DNA of 64,000 nucleotides, taken from IMG/VR virus record IMGVR_UViG_3300042314_000891, positions 21,799 through 85,798 of that record; one strand, given 5' to 3'. Of the stretch, positions 36,932 to 46,126 are shown piece by piece. The DNA comes from a virus. Taxonomy: Duplodnaviria; Caudoviricetes. Both the position numbers and the translations under genes were made by a program. Within the stretch, counting starts at the first letter, position 1; every line of letters starts with the position of its first letter. The notes beneath the pieces are model-generated. The model was not told where the DNA came from. It searched no databases and saw only the letters and a list, made by a program, of their open reading frames with translations.

Positions 36932-37462
36932 ATGAAACTGCGTAAGATATTAAAAGAAATACAAAAGACACCATATCAGTATGGGTGTGCAATGTTATAC
37001 ATAGATTTTGATGAATCTATATTGACAAGTACAATTAGTAATGTTGATGTATATGATGATGAGAATGGTCACTATGGTTTAGAAACAGAACCACACGTTA
37101 CATTACTATATGGTTTACATACAAATGTACCAGATGGTGTAGTTTCTCAAATTATCAACCAAGTTCCGTTTGGTGATATTAAACTAACAAACCCATCTAT
37201 TTTCGAAGGTAACCCAGATTACGATGTATTAAAGTTTGATGCAAGTGGTGAGGGATTACAAAGAGCAAATGAGTTATTAAAAAAGCTACCACATTCAAAC
37301 GATTACCCAGAATACAATCCACATATGACTGTGGCTTACTTAAAGAAAGGTAAGTGGCAACAATATACAAATAAGTTTATGCAGATGCAATTTGAAGTTT
37401 CACCATTATATGTCATTTATAGTAAAAGCGATGGTAGTAAACACAAATTTAAAATAAGGTAA
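36932..37462 (+). CDS. 2H phosphoesterase (T4 gp57B/Acb1-like or 2'-5' RNA ligase-like)
   Basis: Two HxT motifs: 'EPHVTLLYG' and 'YNPHMTVAY'. Confidence 0.8.
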   Translation: MKLRKILKEIQKTPYQYGCAMLYIDFDESILTSTISNVDVYDDENGHYGLETEPHVTLLYGLHTNVPDGVVSQIINQVPFGDIKLTNPSIFEGNPDYDVLKFDASGEGLQRANELLKKLPHSNDYPEYNPHMTVAYLKKGKWQQYTNKFMQMQFEVSPLYVIYSKSDGSKHKFKIR

Positions 37463-37466
37463 GGAT

Positions 37467-37931
37467 ATGGAAAAGGTATTCAGAAGATTAATTGACAGAA
37501 AAAAAGTAGAATTAGTAACATATATATCTGAATACCTATCTAATAACGATGGTATTGAAATACTCATTGGATGTGATTCACAAGTATTCAAAACAAAAAC
37601 AATCTATGCAATTGTAATTGCACTTTACACTCCCGGCAAAGGAGCTCACTTACTTTTCACTCGTTGGAACACTAATAGAGAGAACTATTCAGGTAATCGT
37701 TTGATACATGAAGTATGGTCTTCTATTGAGGTAGCAGAGTATTTAAGAGAAGCGGGATTACCAAAGGCAACATATATTGACGTAGATTTAAACCCAGACC
37801 CACAATTCAAATCAAATGAAGTGTTCCGTCAAGCAGTAGGAATGGTAGAAGGAATGGGTTACAAATGTAGACACAAAGGAACAAATGCAGCAGTAACATA
37901 TGCGGCAGATAGTTTAGTAAAAATGTACTAA
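37467..37931 (+). CDS. RNase H-like YkuK/DUF458 family protein
   Basis: 'ILIGCDSQ', 'EVWSSIEVA', 'IDVDLN', 'AADSL'. Confidence 0.75.
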   Translation: MEKVFRRLIDRKKVELVTYISEYLSNNDGIEILIGCDSQVFKTKTIYAIVIALYTPGKGAHLLFTRWNTNRENYSGNRLIHEVWSSIEVAEYLREAGLPKATYIDVDLNPDPQFKSNEVFRQAVGMVEGMGYKCRHKGTNAAVTYAADSLVKMY

Positions 37932-37935
37932 ACTA

Positions 37936-37967
37936 TTTGTTCTTTTGGTTTATATTTCGTATCTTTG
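37936..37967 (+). promoter_or_regulatory. Bacteroidota-type promoter for PolB
   Basis: TTTG-N20-TATCTTTG. Confidence 0.7.
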
Positions 37968-37989
37968 TAAAAATTAAACCAATAATAAG

Positions 37990-40518
37990 TTGTATCAAAA
38001 TATATTTTATCAAAAGGGCAAAAACAAAGTACATTTGTGGGATGACCTTACGGGCTATCACGTTTTAGATTTCAAACCATATGCTTGGAGAGCTGACCCA
38101 TTTGGGGATGCAACATCGTTGAGTGGGGTTAAAGTTTCCAAAACGTATGAGTTTACAAAGGATGACCCAAATCTATTCGAATCGGATGTACCCGAAACAA
38201 CTCGTATATTGGTAGATTTATATAATTCAAGCGATATTCCATCGGTTGGACACGTTATAATGACATTCGATATTGAGGTAGAAATGTTATCAGGACTACC
38301 GGATACTCAAAAAGCAAAGAATGAAATTACAGCAATTGCACTACATGATAGTGCAACGGATGTATATTATGCTTTGGTTTTGGATAAGGATGATAAAGTT
38401 AAAAACACTACAACTGGAAACAGAATTGTTAAATCTTATAGTAATGAAAGAGATTTGTTGAGAGCATTCTTAACAATCTACGAAGAAATACACCCATCAA
38501 TTATCACAGGTTGGAACATTGACTCATTTGACGTTCCGTATTTATTCAATCGTATTACAAACGTATTGGGTAGAAGTAACGCAACTCGTCTTTCACCAAT
38601 TGGTGAGTGTTTCTATTCACCATACAGAAATCGTTGGAGTTTTGCTGGGGTAAGTGCATTGGATTATATTCACTTATATAAGACATACACATATACATTA
38701 GAACCATCTTATACCTTAAACTATATTGCAACCAAAGAGTTGGGTAAAGGTAAGTTAGAATACAAAGGTAATTTGGATGATTTATTCAGAGAAGATATAA
38801 ACAAATACATTGATTACAACATAGTAGACGTTGAGTTAGTGGTTGGTTTAGAAAAGAAACTACAATTCATTGAACTATGTAGAGCAATCTGCCATGCGGG
38901 ACACGTTCCGTATGAGGATTTTGTGTATTCATCAAAGTATTTGGAAGGTGCTTGTTTGAACTACCTTAAACAAAAGAATTTAGTAGCACCTAACAAACCT
39001 GCGGATAGAAGAGAAAGGATGCAGGAAATCAATGATAATAATCAAGAGAAGTTCATTGGAGCATATGTAAAAGAACCTATCGTTGGTAAGTATGATTGGA
39101 TTTATGACTTGGACTTAACATCTCTATATCCATCAATCATTATGACCCTAAACATCTCACCTGAAACAAAAATGGGTAAGATTGAAAATTGGGATGCAGA
39201 AGAGTGGATTAGAGGTACGGATAAAACATACGATGTAACATCAGCTGGAAGTACTGAAACTTATAGTAAGAATGAAGTACAACAAATGATTAAAGAGCAC
39301 GGATTGGGTGTAGCCGCCAATGGGGTTCTGTATGACCAGAGTAAACCTGGACTTATTGCAGATATTTTAGATTTATGGTTTTCACAAAGGGTTGAATTTA
39401 GAAAATTAGAAAAACAATATGGTGAAGCGGGTGATACGGAGAAATATGAATTTTATGCTAAAAGGCAGTTGGTTCAGAAGATTCTTCTTAACTCTATGTA
39501 TGGTGTTCTTGGTCTTCCTGCCTTTCGGTTTTACGATATTGATAATGCAGAGGCAGTTACGATTACGGGTCAAACTGTTATTAAGAAAACGGCAGAGATG
39601 GCAAACATTAAGTACCAAAAGGAATTAGGTACTAAAGAAGATTACAACGTGTATATAGATACAGACTCAATCTATATGCTGGCAGAACCTTTGGTAAAAC
39701 ATAGGTTTCCGGAGTATAAAACATTTGATGAGAAACGAATGGCTTCGGTAGTAAACGATATTGCAGAAGAAACACAACTATTTCTTAATAAGTTCTATGA
39801 TATATTAGCCGAAAGGTTCTTCTTTATATCAAAGGATAAGCACAGATTTGAAATTAAAAAGGAATACATTTCTAAAGCAGGATTTTGGGTAGCAAAGAAA
39901 CGATATGCACAATGGATGATTTTAAAGAATGGTATTCCATGTGATAAACTTGATGTAAAGGGGTTAGATGTAGTTCGTTCATCATTCCCAAAAGCATTTC
40001 AAGACTTTATGAGTGGTATTCTTCGTGATATTCTTACGGGTAAAACGAATGAAGATGTTGATAAAGAATTAAGAGAGTTTAAATTAAGTTTATCTGGATT
40101 GGATGTATCAGTTATAGCAAAGGGTGGAGCAGTAAAAGAGATTAGTAAATATGATACCAAAACTTTAGATAAACGTATTGGTTCATTTGAAAAAGGAACA
40201 CCTGCACACGTTAAAGCAGCAATCACATATAATCGATTACTCAAACACTACAATTGTGCATTTATGTATGAACCAATTAGAGATGGTGATAAGATTAAGT
40301 GGGTATATTTAAAACAAAATCCATTTGGATTAGATACGGTAGCATTTAAGAACTATAATGACCCGGATGAAATTATGGATTTTGTTAAAAAATACATTGA
40401 TGTAGATAGAATTTTCGAAGCAGAGTTGGAGAATAAGATGAATGACTTTTATAGAGCATTGAAATGGGAGAAGGTAAACCACGCAGAAAAAAAACTCTCA
40501 CAATTTTTTGGATTCTAA
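37990..40518 (+). CDS. Family B DNA polymerase (T4 gp43-like)
   Basis: Exo 'FDIEV', 'GWNIDSFDVPY'; pol 'DLTSLYPSII', 'KILLNSMYG', 'YIDTDS', 'KKRYA'. Confidence 0.95.
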   Translation: MYQNIFYQKGKNKVHLWDDLTGYHVLDFKPYAWRADPFGDATSLSGVKVSKTYEFTKDDPNLFESDVPETTRILVDLYNSSDIPSVGHVIMTFDIEVEMLSGLPDTQKAKNEITAIALHDSATDVYYALVLDKDDKVKNTTTGNRIVKSYSNERDLLRAFLTIYEEIHPSIITGWNIDSFDVPYLFNRITNVLGRSNATRLSPIGECFYSPYRNRWSFAGVSALDYIHLYKTYTYTLEPSYTLNYIATKELGKGKLEYKGNLDDLFREDINKYIDYNIVDVELVVGLEKKLQFIELCRAICHAGHVPYEDFVYSSKYLEGACLNYLKQKNLVAPNKPADRRERMQEINDNNQEKFIGAYVKEPIVGKYDWIYDLDLTSLYPSIIMTLNISPETKMGKIENWDAEEWIRGTDKTYDVTSAGSTETYSKNEVQQMIKEHGLGVAANGVLYDQSKPGLIADILDLWFSQRVEFRKLEKQYGEAGDTEKYEFYAKRQLVQKILLNSMYGVLGLPAFRFYDIDNAEAVTITGQTVIKKTAEMANIKYQKELGTKEDYNVYIDTDSIYMLAEPLVKHRFPEYKTFDEKRMASVVNDIAEETQLFLNKFYDILAERFFFISKDKHRFEIKKEYISKAGFWVAKKRYAQWMILKNGIPCDKLDVKGLDVVRSSFPKAFQDFMSGILRDILTGKTNEDVDKELREFKLSLSGLDVSVIAKGGAVKEISKYDTKTLDKRIGSFEKGTPAHVKAAITYNRLLKHYNCAFMYEPIRDGDKIKWVYLKQNPFGLDTVAFKNYNDPDEIMDFVKKYIDVDRIFEAELENKMNDFYRALKWEKVNHAEKKLSQFFGF

Positions 40519-40559
40519 ATTAAATTTCCGTATATTTGTAAAAATTAAAACAATAAATT

Positions 40560-41279
40560 ATGAACAAAGTAAGATTAAATCGTTTCATTCAAAAGTACAA
40601 CTTGGCTGGACTTATTGAAAGTGTTGCTTGGAAAACAGATGGTAGTACATTAACTACAAAGTTTATTTCCGATGATAAAACTTTATTAGGTGAGGTTGAA
40701 TTAGCAAATTTCACATTTGATACCGCAGAGTTGGGTGTTTACACTACATCAAATCTAAATCGTATGTTATCTGTAATGGGTGATGATATTGAATTGGAGG
40801 TTGGTAAGATGGAAGAAAAGAGTATTTCATTAAACATCAAAAGTGACAAGACAAAGGTAAACTATCAGTTGGCTGAATTAGCAGTTATTCCAGCGGTACC
40901 TGATTTGAAATCATTGCCTGATTTTGATATTCAAATTGAATTAGATAATGCATTCATTGACCGTTTTATCAAAGGTAAAAACGCATTATCGGATGTAGAT
41001 ACATTTACAATTCTTACAGAGAAGGGTGATTTAAATTTGGTGTTGGGTTACTCAAATGTAAACTCTAACCGAATTACATACACTGTACATTCATCGTATG
41101 GTGCAGAAGTTAAAGCAATTTCATTTTCCGCTAAATATCTTAAAGAGGTATTGGTAGCAAACAAAGATGCAAATTCAGCTAAATTACAAATTTCAACACA
41201 AGGATTAGCACACGTTGCATTCCAAATTGATGACTTTACATCAAAATACTATTTAGTTGAAGTTCAAGCTGGAGCATAA
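40560..41279 (+). CDS. Sliding clamp (gp45/PCNA-like)
   Basis: 239 aa, two-domain beta-rich pattern, directly after PolB and near the clamp loader; promoter at 40507-40538. Confidence 0.7.
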   Translation: MNKVRLNRFIQKYNLAGLIESVAWKTDGSTLTTKFISDDKTLLGEVELANFTFDTAELGVYTTSNLNRMLSVMGDDIELEVGKMEEKSISLNIKSDKTKVNYQLAELAVIPAVPDLKSLPDFDIQIELDNAFIDRFIKGKNALSDVDTFTILTEKGDLNLVLGYSNVNSNRITYTVHSSYGAEVKAISFSAKYLKEVLVANKDANSAKLQISTQGLAHVAFQIDDFTSKYYLVEVQAGA

Positions 41280-41291
41280 TAAATTACATAT

Positions 41292-42512
41292 ATGAAATTT
41301 TGGGATACCGAAGAACCAAAGGAGGTTTTTAATTACGATGAGATGAAACGTAAGTTCATTGAGAACTTGGATTATCTTAAAGAAATGTCCGTTGAAGAAC
41401 AAACACTATACAAAAAGTGGATGGAATGGAATGCGGACTTAAAGACAACGTTTCCTAAAAAATCATATTTAGGTCAATACTACGATGTGTTGTGGAGACC
41501 AACTGATATATACAATAAGGAGCTAACTCTGAAAGAATTAGATGAGTTAGACCCTTATGTGGAAATTGTTGAAGATGACCCAAAGCAATCAACTCGATGG
41601 ACGGATATTCGTAGACTTATCCATACGATGGAGTTTTCAGCTAACCCAGGTCGTAATGTTAAGATTTACGCCAAAGATAGAACGAGTGGTAAGATATTAG
41701 GGCAGATTTGTTTAGGTTCTGATATTACATCTTTGGGAGTTAGAGATGCATATATCGGTTGGAGTAAAGATGATAAGTTTAAGAAGGGTAAATTGAATTG
41801 TACTGCTATTGCAACTACCATCGTATCAACACAACCATTTGGTTACAATTTTTTGGGTGGTAAACTAATCGCAGCATTAGCAACCGCACCGGAGATACGG
41901 GATTATTGGAAACGCAAGTATAGTAATCCATTAGTTGGTATAGGTACAACATCCCTGTATGGTATTCACTCACAATATAATGGTATCCCACATTTCAAAA
42001 CATTAGGCGAATCTAAAGGTAAAATTTCTACAAAGCCAGATGATTCGGTTTATGACCCTTGGCATCAATGGATTAAAGAAAATCGTTCAGAATGGTATAG
42101 TAAAAATATCACACAAGAACGTGAAAGGAATGGTGCTAGTATGGGTTATGAAAAGAATGGACCTGTAAGTGGTATTAAGCAAAAGATTATTCAATCAATC
42201 TATAAAGAGTTGGGAATTAAATCAGATGCTTATGACCACGGATTCCAAAGAGGTGTGTATTTTGCACAAATGTATGAGAATGGTCATGAGTTTCTATGTG
42301 ATAAAATTACCGAAGAGGAATTGGTATTGAAGGATAAGTTTAAGAATGGTATTCAATACACAATGGATTGGTGGAAAAAGAAAGCCAAAAATCGTTACAT
42401 TAAATTATACGATGAGGGTAAGATTAAGCCAGAGGTTCTATTTTATGTAGATGCAATTGGTATTAGTTGGGAGAAAATGAAAGAACTTTATTTATCAGAG
42501 GTAGGAAGGTAA
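41292..42512 (+). CDS. DUF4338/DruA-like protein
   Basis: 'PGRNVK', 'LGVRDAYIGW', 'QPFGYNFLGGKLIA', 'TTSLYG..SQYN', 'LGESKG'. Confidence 0.6.
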   Translation: MKFWDTEEPKEVFNYDEMKRKFIENLDYLKEMSVEEQTLYKKWMEWNADLKTTFPKKSYLGQYYDVLWRPTDIYNKELTLKELDELDPYVEIVEDDPKQSTRWTDIRRLIHTMEFSANPGRNVKIYAKDRTSGKILGQICLGSDITSLGVRDAYIGWSKDDKFKKGKLNCTAIATTIVSTQPFGYNFLGGKLIAALATAPEIRDYWKRKYSNPLVGIGTTSLYGIHSQYNGIPHFKTLGESKGKISTKPDDSVYDPWHQWIKENRSEWYSKNITQERERNGASMGYEKNGPVSGIKQKIIQSIYKELGIKSDAYDHGFQRGVYFAQMYENGHEFLCDKITEEELVLKDKFKNGIQYTMDWWKKKAKNRYIKLYDEGKIKPEVLFYVDAIGISWEKMKELYLSEVGR

Positions 42513-42513
42513 G

Positions 42514-43635
42514 ATGCAATTTTGGGAAGGACAAATAAGTAATAAAGCTAGAAAGGTATTGGTGATACCAAATATCACTAACTCCAGCAATATAGAAAAA
42601 GACTCTTTTGTGGATGTAATTTACAATCACATTAAGGGGTTAGAAAACTATGGAGAATACTTTTGGAATATCATATTACCTAAACCCGTACAAAAGCTTA
42701 ACTTATTAAATGTTAAGCAGCATATACTACCATTCTCTGGTGATATGATAAAGATGCGTACATATCCACCTGATATGAATAAAGTGTTGGAGAATGTTGA
42801 ATACGATGTAATTTATTCCCATTTACCAGATTGGCCGCAAGTGGGTAGATACAAAAACTCATTTGATACTAAAATCATTGGTTACGCACATTGGTGGGAA
42901 ATGAAATCGTGCAACGCAGAGGATAGAAAGAACAAATGGAGATGGATGCCCATAGAATTATTAGGTGTATCTCAAATGGATACTTGCTTCTTAAATACAC
43001 AAGACCAAAAGAATAGGGTATTGGAAGAAGCTAGTGCTTGGTATAGTGATGGGTTTGTAGGTAATTTGGATAAAATTCTTACAGTATGGAATCTTGGTAT
43101 AGATAATACTAAAATAATTCTAACACCATCCACAGAAAAAACCAAAACTATTGTATTCAATCACAGAGCAGCAGCTTATAAAGGGTATCCAACTTTCATT
43201 AAACTAATGGAAGAGTATAGAGGACAAAGACAAGATTTCAATGTATGGGTGCCTCAATTAGATGGTACACCCGAACATAGTTGGATTGATAATACAAAAG
43301 TACCAAAGCACGAATACTATAATAGATTACAAAGATGTTTAGTTGGTATCCAAATGAGACAAACCAATTATGGGTGGAGTGTAGCAGCTACGGATTGTAT
43401 GATGAATGGTACACCAATGATATATCAGGAATCAGATTGTTATAGAGAAATTGAGCCTGATGGTATGTTCTTCAAATTCAAAAAAGATTTATTTGAGATG
43501 TTGGATAAGTTATTGGATAATGAAGAGTTCAGACAAGAAAGAGAGGTTATGGCTATAAATCGTTGTGGTGAGTTATCAAAAAACAATGATGTTATGTTAC
43601 AACTATTGCATAATAAACTAACAGATAAACAATAA
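42514..43635 (+). CDS. GT-B glycosyltransferase
   Basis: 'IVFNHR...YKG', 'YGWSVAATDCMMNGTPMI' GT-B C-terminal motif. Confidence 0.7.
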   Translation: MQFWEGQISNKARKVLVIPNITNSSNIEKDSFVDVIYNHIKGLENYGEYFWNIILPKPVQKLNLLNVKQHILPFSGDMIKMRTYPPDMNKVLENVEYDVIYSHLPDWPQVGRYKNSFDTKIIGYAHWWEMKSCNAEDRKNKWRWMPIELLGVSQMDTCFLNTQDQKNRVLEEASAWYSDGFVGNLDKILTVWNLGIDNTKIILTPSTEKTKTIVFNHRAAAYKGYPTFIKLMEEYRGQRQDFNVWVPQLDGTPEHSWIDNTKVPKHEYYNRLQRCLVGIQMRQTNYGWSVAATDCMMNGTPMIYQESDCYREIEPDGMFFKFKKDLFEMLDKLLDNEEFRQEREVMAINRCGELSKNNDVMLQLLHNKLTDKQ

Positions 43636-43641
43636 AATATA

Positions 43642-44601
43642 ATGGCATTTTTTGAAACAGAAAAAGTAAATAATGTAGAATCCACTCATAGTTTATGGGT
43701 TGAAAAATATCGTCCAAAGGTATTGAATGAATATATTGGTAATGATTTATTAAAAGAAAAGGTAGAGGGTTATTTAGAAAGAAATGATATTCCACATCTA
43801 TTACTTTATGGTAAAGCTGGTACTGGTAAAACTACATTAGCCAAAATCATAGCAAACACAATTAAATGTGACTTTATGATTATCAACGCATCGGATGAAA
43901 ATGGTGTAGAAACTCTACGTGTTAAAATTAAAAACTTTGCAAGTGGTGTTGGTTTTGGTGGTTATAAGATTATTATTTTAGATGAGGCGGATTATTTAAC
44001 ACCAAATGGCCAGGCGATTCTTCGTAATGTAATGGAAACGTTTAGTGCACATTGTCGTTTTATCTTAACGTGTAACTACCACGAAAAGATTATTGAACCA
44101 ATTATTTCTAGATGTCAAACATTTGCAGTAATCCCACCATCAAAGAAGGATGTTGCAGTTCATGTTAGTAATGTATTAACCAAAGAGGGCATTACGTTTG
44201 ATATTAAAAATTTGGCAGAAATTATCAATCAGTATTATCCTGATATTCGTAGGGTTATAAATACTTGCCAACTACAATCATCGAAAGGTGAATTAAAAAT
44301 TGATACTCAAACTTTAATTCAATCGGATGTTAAATCCAAATTAGTTGATTATTTAAAAGCTAGTGATGATAAACGTAATACATATTTAAATATTAGACAA
44401 TTGGTATTGGATAACAGATTAAATGATTTTACGGAGTTATATGCATATTTGTATGAAAAGGTAGATGATTATGCAGCTGGTAATACGGCTAGTGTGATTC
44501 TATCATTAGCAGAAGCTCAATATAGAGATTCTATGGTAGTAGATAAAGAAATCTGCTTTATGGCAGGAGTTATAGGTATAATTGGAATTATTAAAAAATA
44601 A
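43642..44601 (+). CDS. Clamp loader large subunit (gp44/RFC-like)
   Basis: 'LWVEKYRP', 'GKAGTGKTT', 'INASDENG', 'ILDEADYL', 'SRC'. Confidence 0.93.
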   Translation: MAFFETEKVNNVESTHSLWVEKYRPKVLNEYIGNDLLKEKVEGYLERNDIPHLLLYGKAGTGKTTLAKIIANTIKCDFMIINASDENGVETLRVKIKNFASGVGFGGYKIIILDEADYLTPNGQAILRNVMETFSAHCRFILTCNYHEKIIEPIISRCQTFAVIPPSKKDVAVHVSNVLTKEGITFDIKNLAEIINQYYPDIRRVINTCQLQSSKGELKIDTQTLIQSDVKSKLVDYLKASDDKRNTYLNIRQLVLDNRLNDFTELYAYLYEKVDDYAAGNTASVILSLAEAQYRDSMVVDKEICFMAGVIGIIGIIKK

Positions 44602-44604
44602 ATT

Positions 44605-44910
44605 ATGGAAAACACAGAAACAGCAAAGCCTATCGGTGATAGAGTTTTAATTGAGATTGAAAAGCAGGAAAAAACAGTAGGTGGTATTATCCTACCAGAA
44701 ACCGCACAATATGGTGAAAACAAATTGGGTAAAGTAATATCAGTAGGGCCTGGTGTATTTACACAAAACGGAACTCGTATCCCTATGACATTGGAGGTTG
44801 GTAATAAAGTATTACTACCACATAATAGTTACGATACACAAACTATTAAATTGGCTGGTAAAGATTATATTTTATTGCGAGAGCAAGAAGTTTTAATGGT
44901 GATACGATGA
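44605..44910 (+). CDS. groES: Co-chaperonin GroES
   Basis: 'KPIGDRVLI...TVGGIILP...VISVGPG'. Confidence 0.9.
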   Translation: MENTETAKPIGDRVLIEIEKQEKTVGGIILPETAQYGENKLGKVISVGPGVFTQNGTRIPMTLEVGNKVLLPHNSYDTQTIKLAGKDYILLREQEVLMVIR

Positions 44911-45170
44911 TAGGTGGTAATTTAGGAAAACCAAATATATCACAAGCAAAGGATATGGCTTGTGGGAATTGTGGAGGTGATACTTTTGCAATTGGGTATA
45001 AGTTTAAAAAGATGAGTAAGTTACTCACAGGAGCAGCATCGGATGAGATTATCCCATTTGAAATCTATTTATGTGTAGAATGTGGAGAACCATTAGAAGA
45101 GTTGTTACAACCTGAATTAAGAAAACCAAAAGAAAATGGCGAAGGAAAAAATCCGCTTGGGCTTATTTGA
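44907..45170 (+). CDS. Small zinc-ribbon protein
   Basis: CxxC...CxxC. Confidence 0.65.
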   Translation: MIGGNLGKPNISQAKDMACGNCGGDTFAIGYKFKKMSKLLTGAASDEIIPFEIYLCVECGEPLEELLQPELRKPKENGEGKNPLGLI

Positions 45171-45600
45171 CCACATATCGGCAGTAACGGAGAAGCAATA
45201 CCCTAATTATTTTAATACAATATCGGTAGAAGATAAAAAGACTTGGACTAATTATCTTATCTTCCGTTACTTATCAATGAATTATGAATTTGTAGAATTT
45301 TTGGCTGAAATACAACCATTGGTTGAAACATTAGAGGCTGAACAATTCTACAAAGTTATGATAGATGTAATACCAAAGAAAAAATATTATCTAAAATATA
45401 TGAAGGGTAAGAAATCTGCTGATTATGAAAAATGGTTAATTGAATTAGTAGCAAAAGATAATCAGGTATCTACATTGCAAGCCGAAGAATATTTGGATAT
45501 TTTATATTCTACCAAAAATGGGAAGGGTGAAATACTAAACCTTTGCCAAAAATACGGAACATCCGAAAAGGAAATCACTTCCTTAAAACTTAAAATTTAA
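45136..45600 (+). CDS. Clamp loader small subunit (gp62-like)
   Basis: 'YLIFRYLSM', 'IPKKKYYLKY', 'QAEEYLDIL'; near gp44. Confidence 0.65.
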   Translation: MAKEKIRLGLFDHISAVTEKQYPNYFNTISVEDKKTWTNYLIFRYLSMNYEFVEFLAEIQPLVETLEAEQFYKVMIDVIPKKKYYLKYMKGKKSADYEKWLIELVAKDNQVSTLQAEEYLDILYSTKNGKGEILNLCQKYGTSEKEITSLKLKI

Positions 45601-45631
45601 TATCGTTTTATGATTTCTCCTATATTTATTT

Positions 45632-46126
45632 ATGGGAGAAATTATGAGACTAATTACATCAATATTGTTGGTGCTATTACCTATTATGGGTATGGCACAA
45701 AATACAGAGCCAGTTTTTGTTGAAAAAGTTGTTAATAGTGTTCAGATAGGACCTTTAACCGGCAACAAAAACCTGGCTTTTGGTGTAAAAAACATCCTAC
45801 AAGAATTAGTACAAGAGAACCATCCTTTGATGGAAACCATAGATGAGAACACAATCGTTCTTAAAACAGAAATCGTTTTCTTCGATATTCTAACAACCAA
45901 AAAAAATATATCAGTTTTTCATTCAGACGAAACTGAAGTAGTTATACGAATCAAGGGTACGCTTTACAAAAACGGCAAGAAATTAAAACAATTTTTAGCA
46001 GAAGAAAGTTCATCCGAAGTATCTACTAGTACATTATTAGTTAATGAAGGTGGACAATTCAACCAACAATCTGCACGAAATGCGATTAAAAAGAATTGTG
46101 AAACCTTAATCAAAAAACTATTATAA
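45632..46126 (+). CDS. Secreted hypothetical protein
   Basis: Signal peptide ending 'GMAQ'. Confidence 0.6.
   Translation: MGEIMRLITSILLVLLPIMGMAQNTEPVFVEKVVNSVQIGPLTGNKNLAFGVKNILQELVQENHPLMETIDENTIVLKTEIVFFDILTTKKNISVFHSDETEVVIRIKGTLYKNGKKLKQFLAEESSSEVSTSTLLVNEGGQFNQQSARNAIKKNCETLIKKLL

Noticed and set aside
16992-40518. Inteins or introns in nrdA, nrdB or polB
   Set aside because: The ORFs are continuous and of normal or compact length, with no intein or homing-endonuclease motifs.
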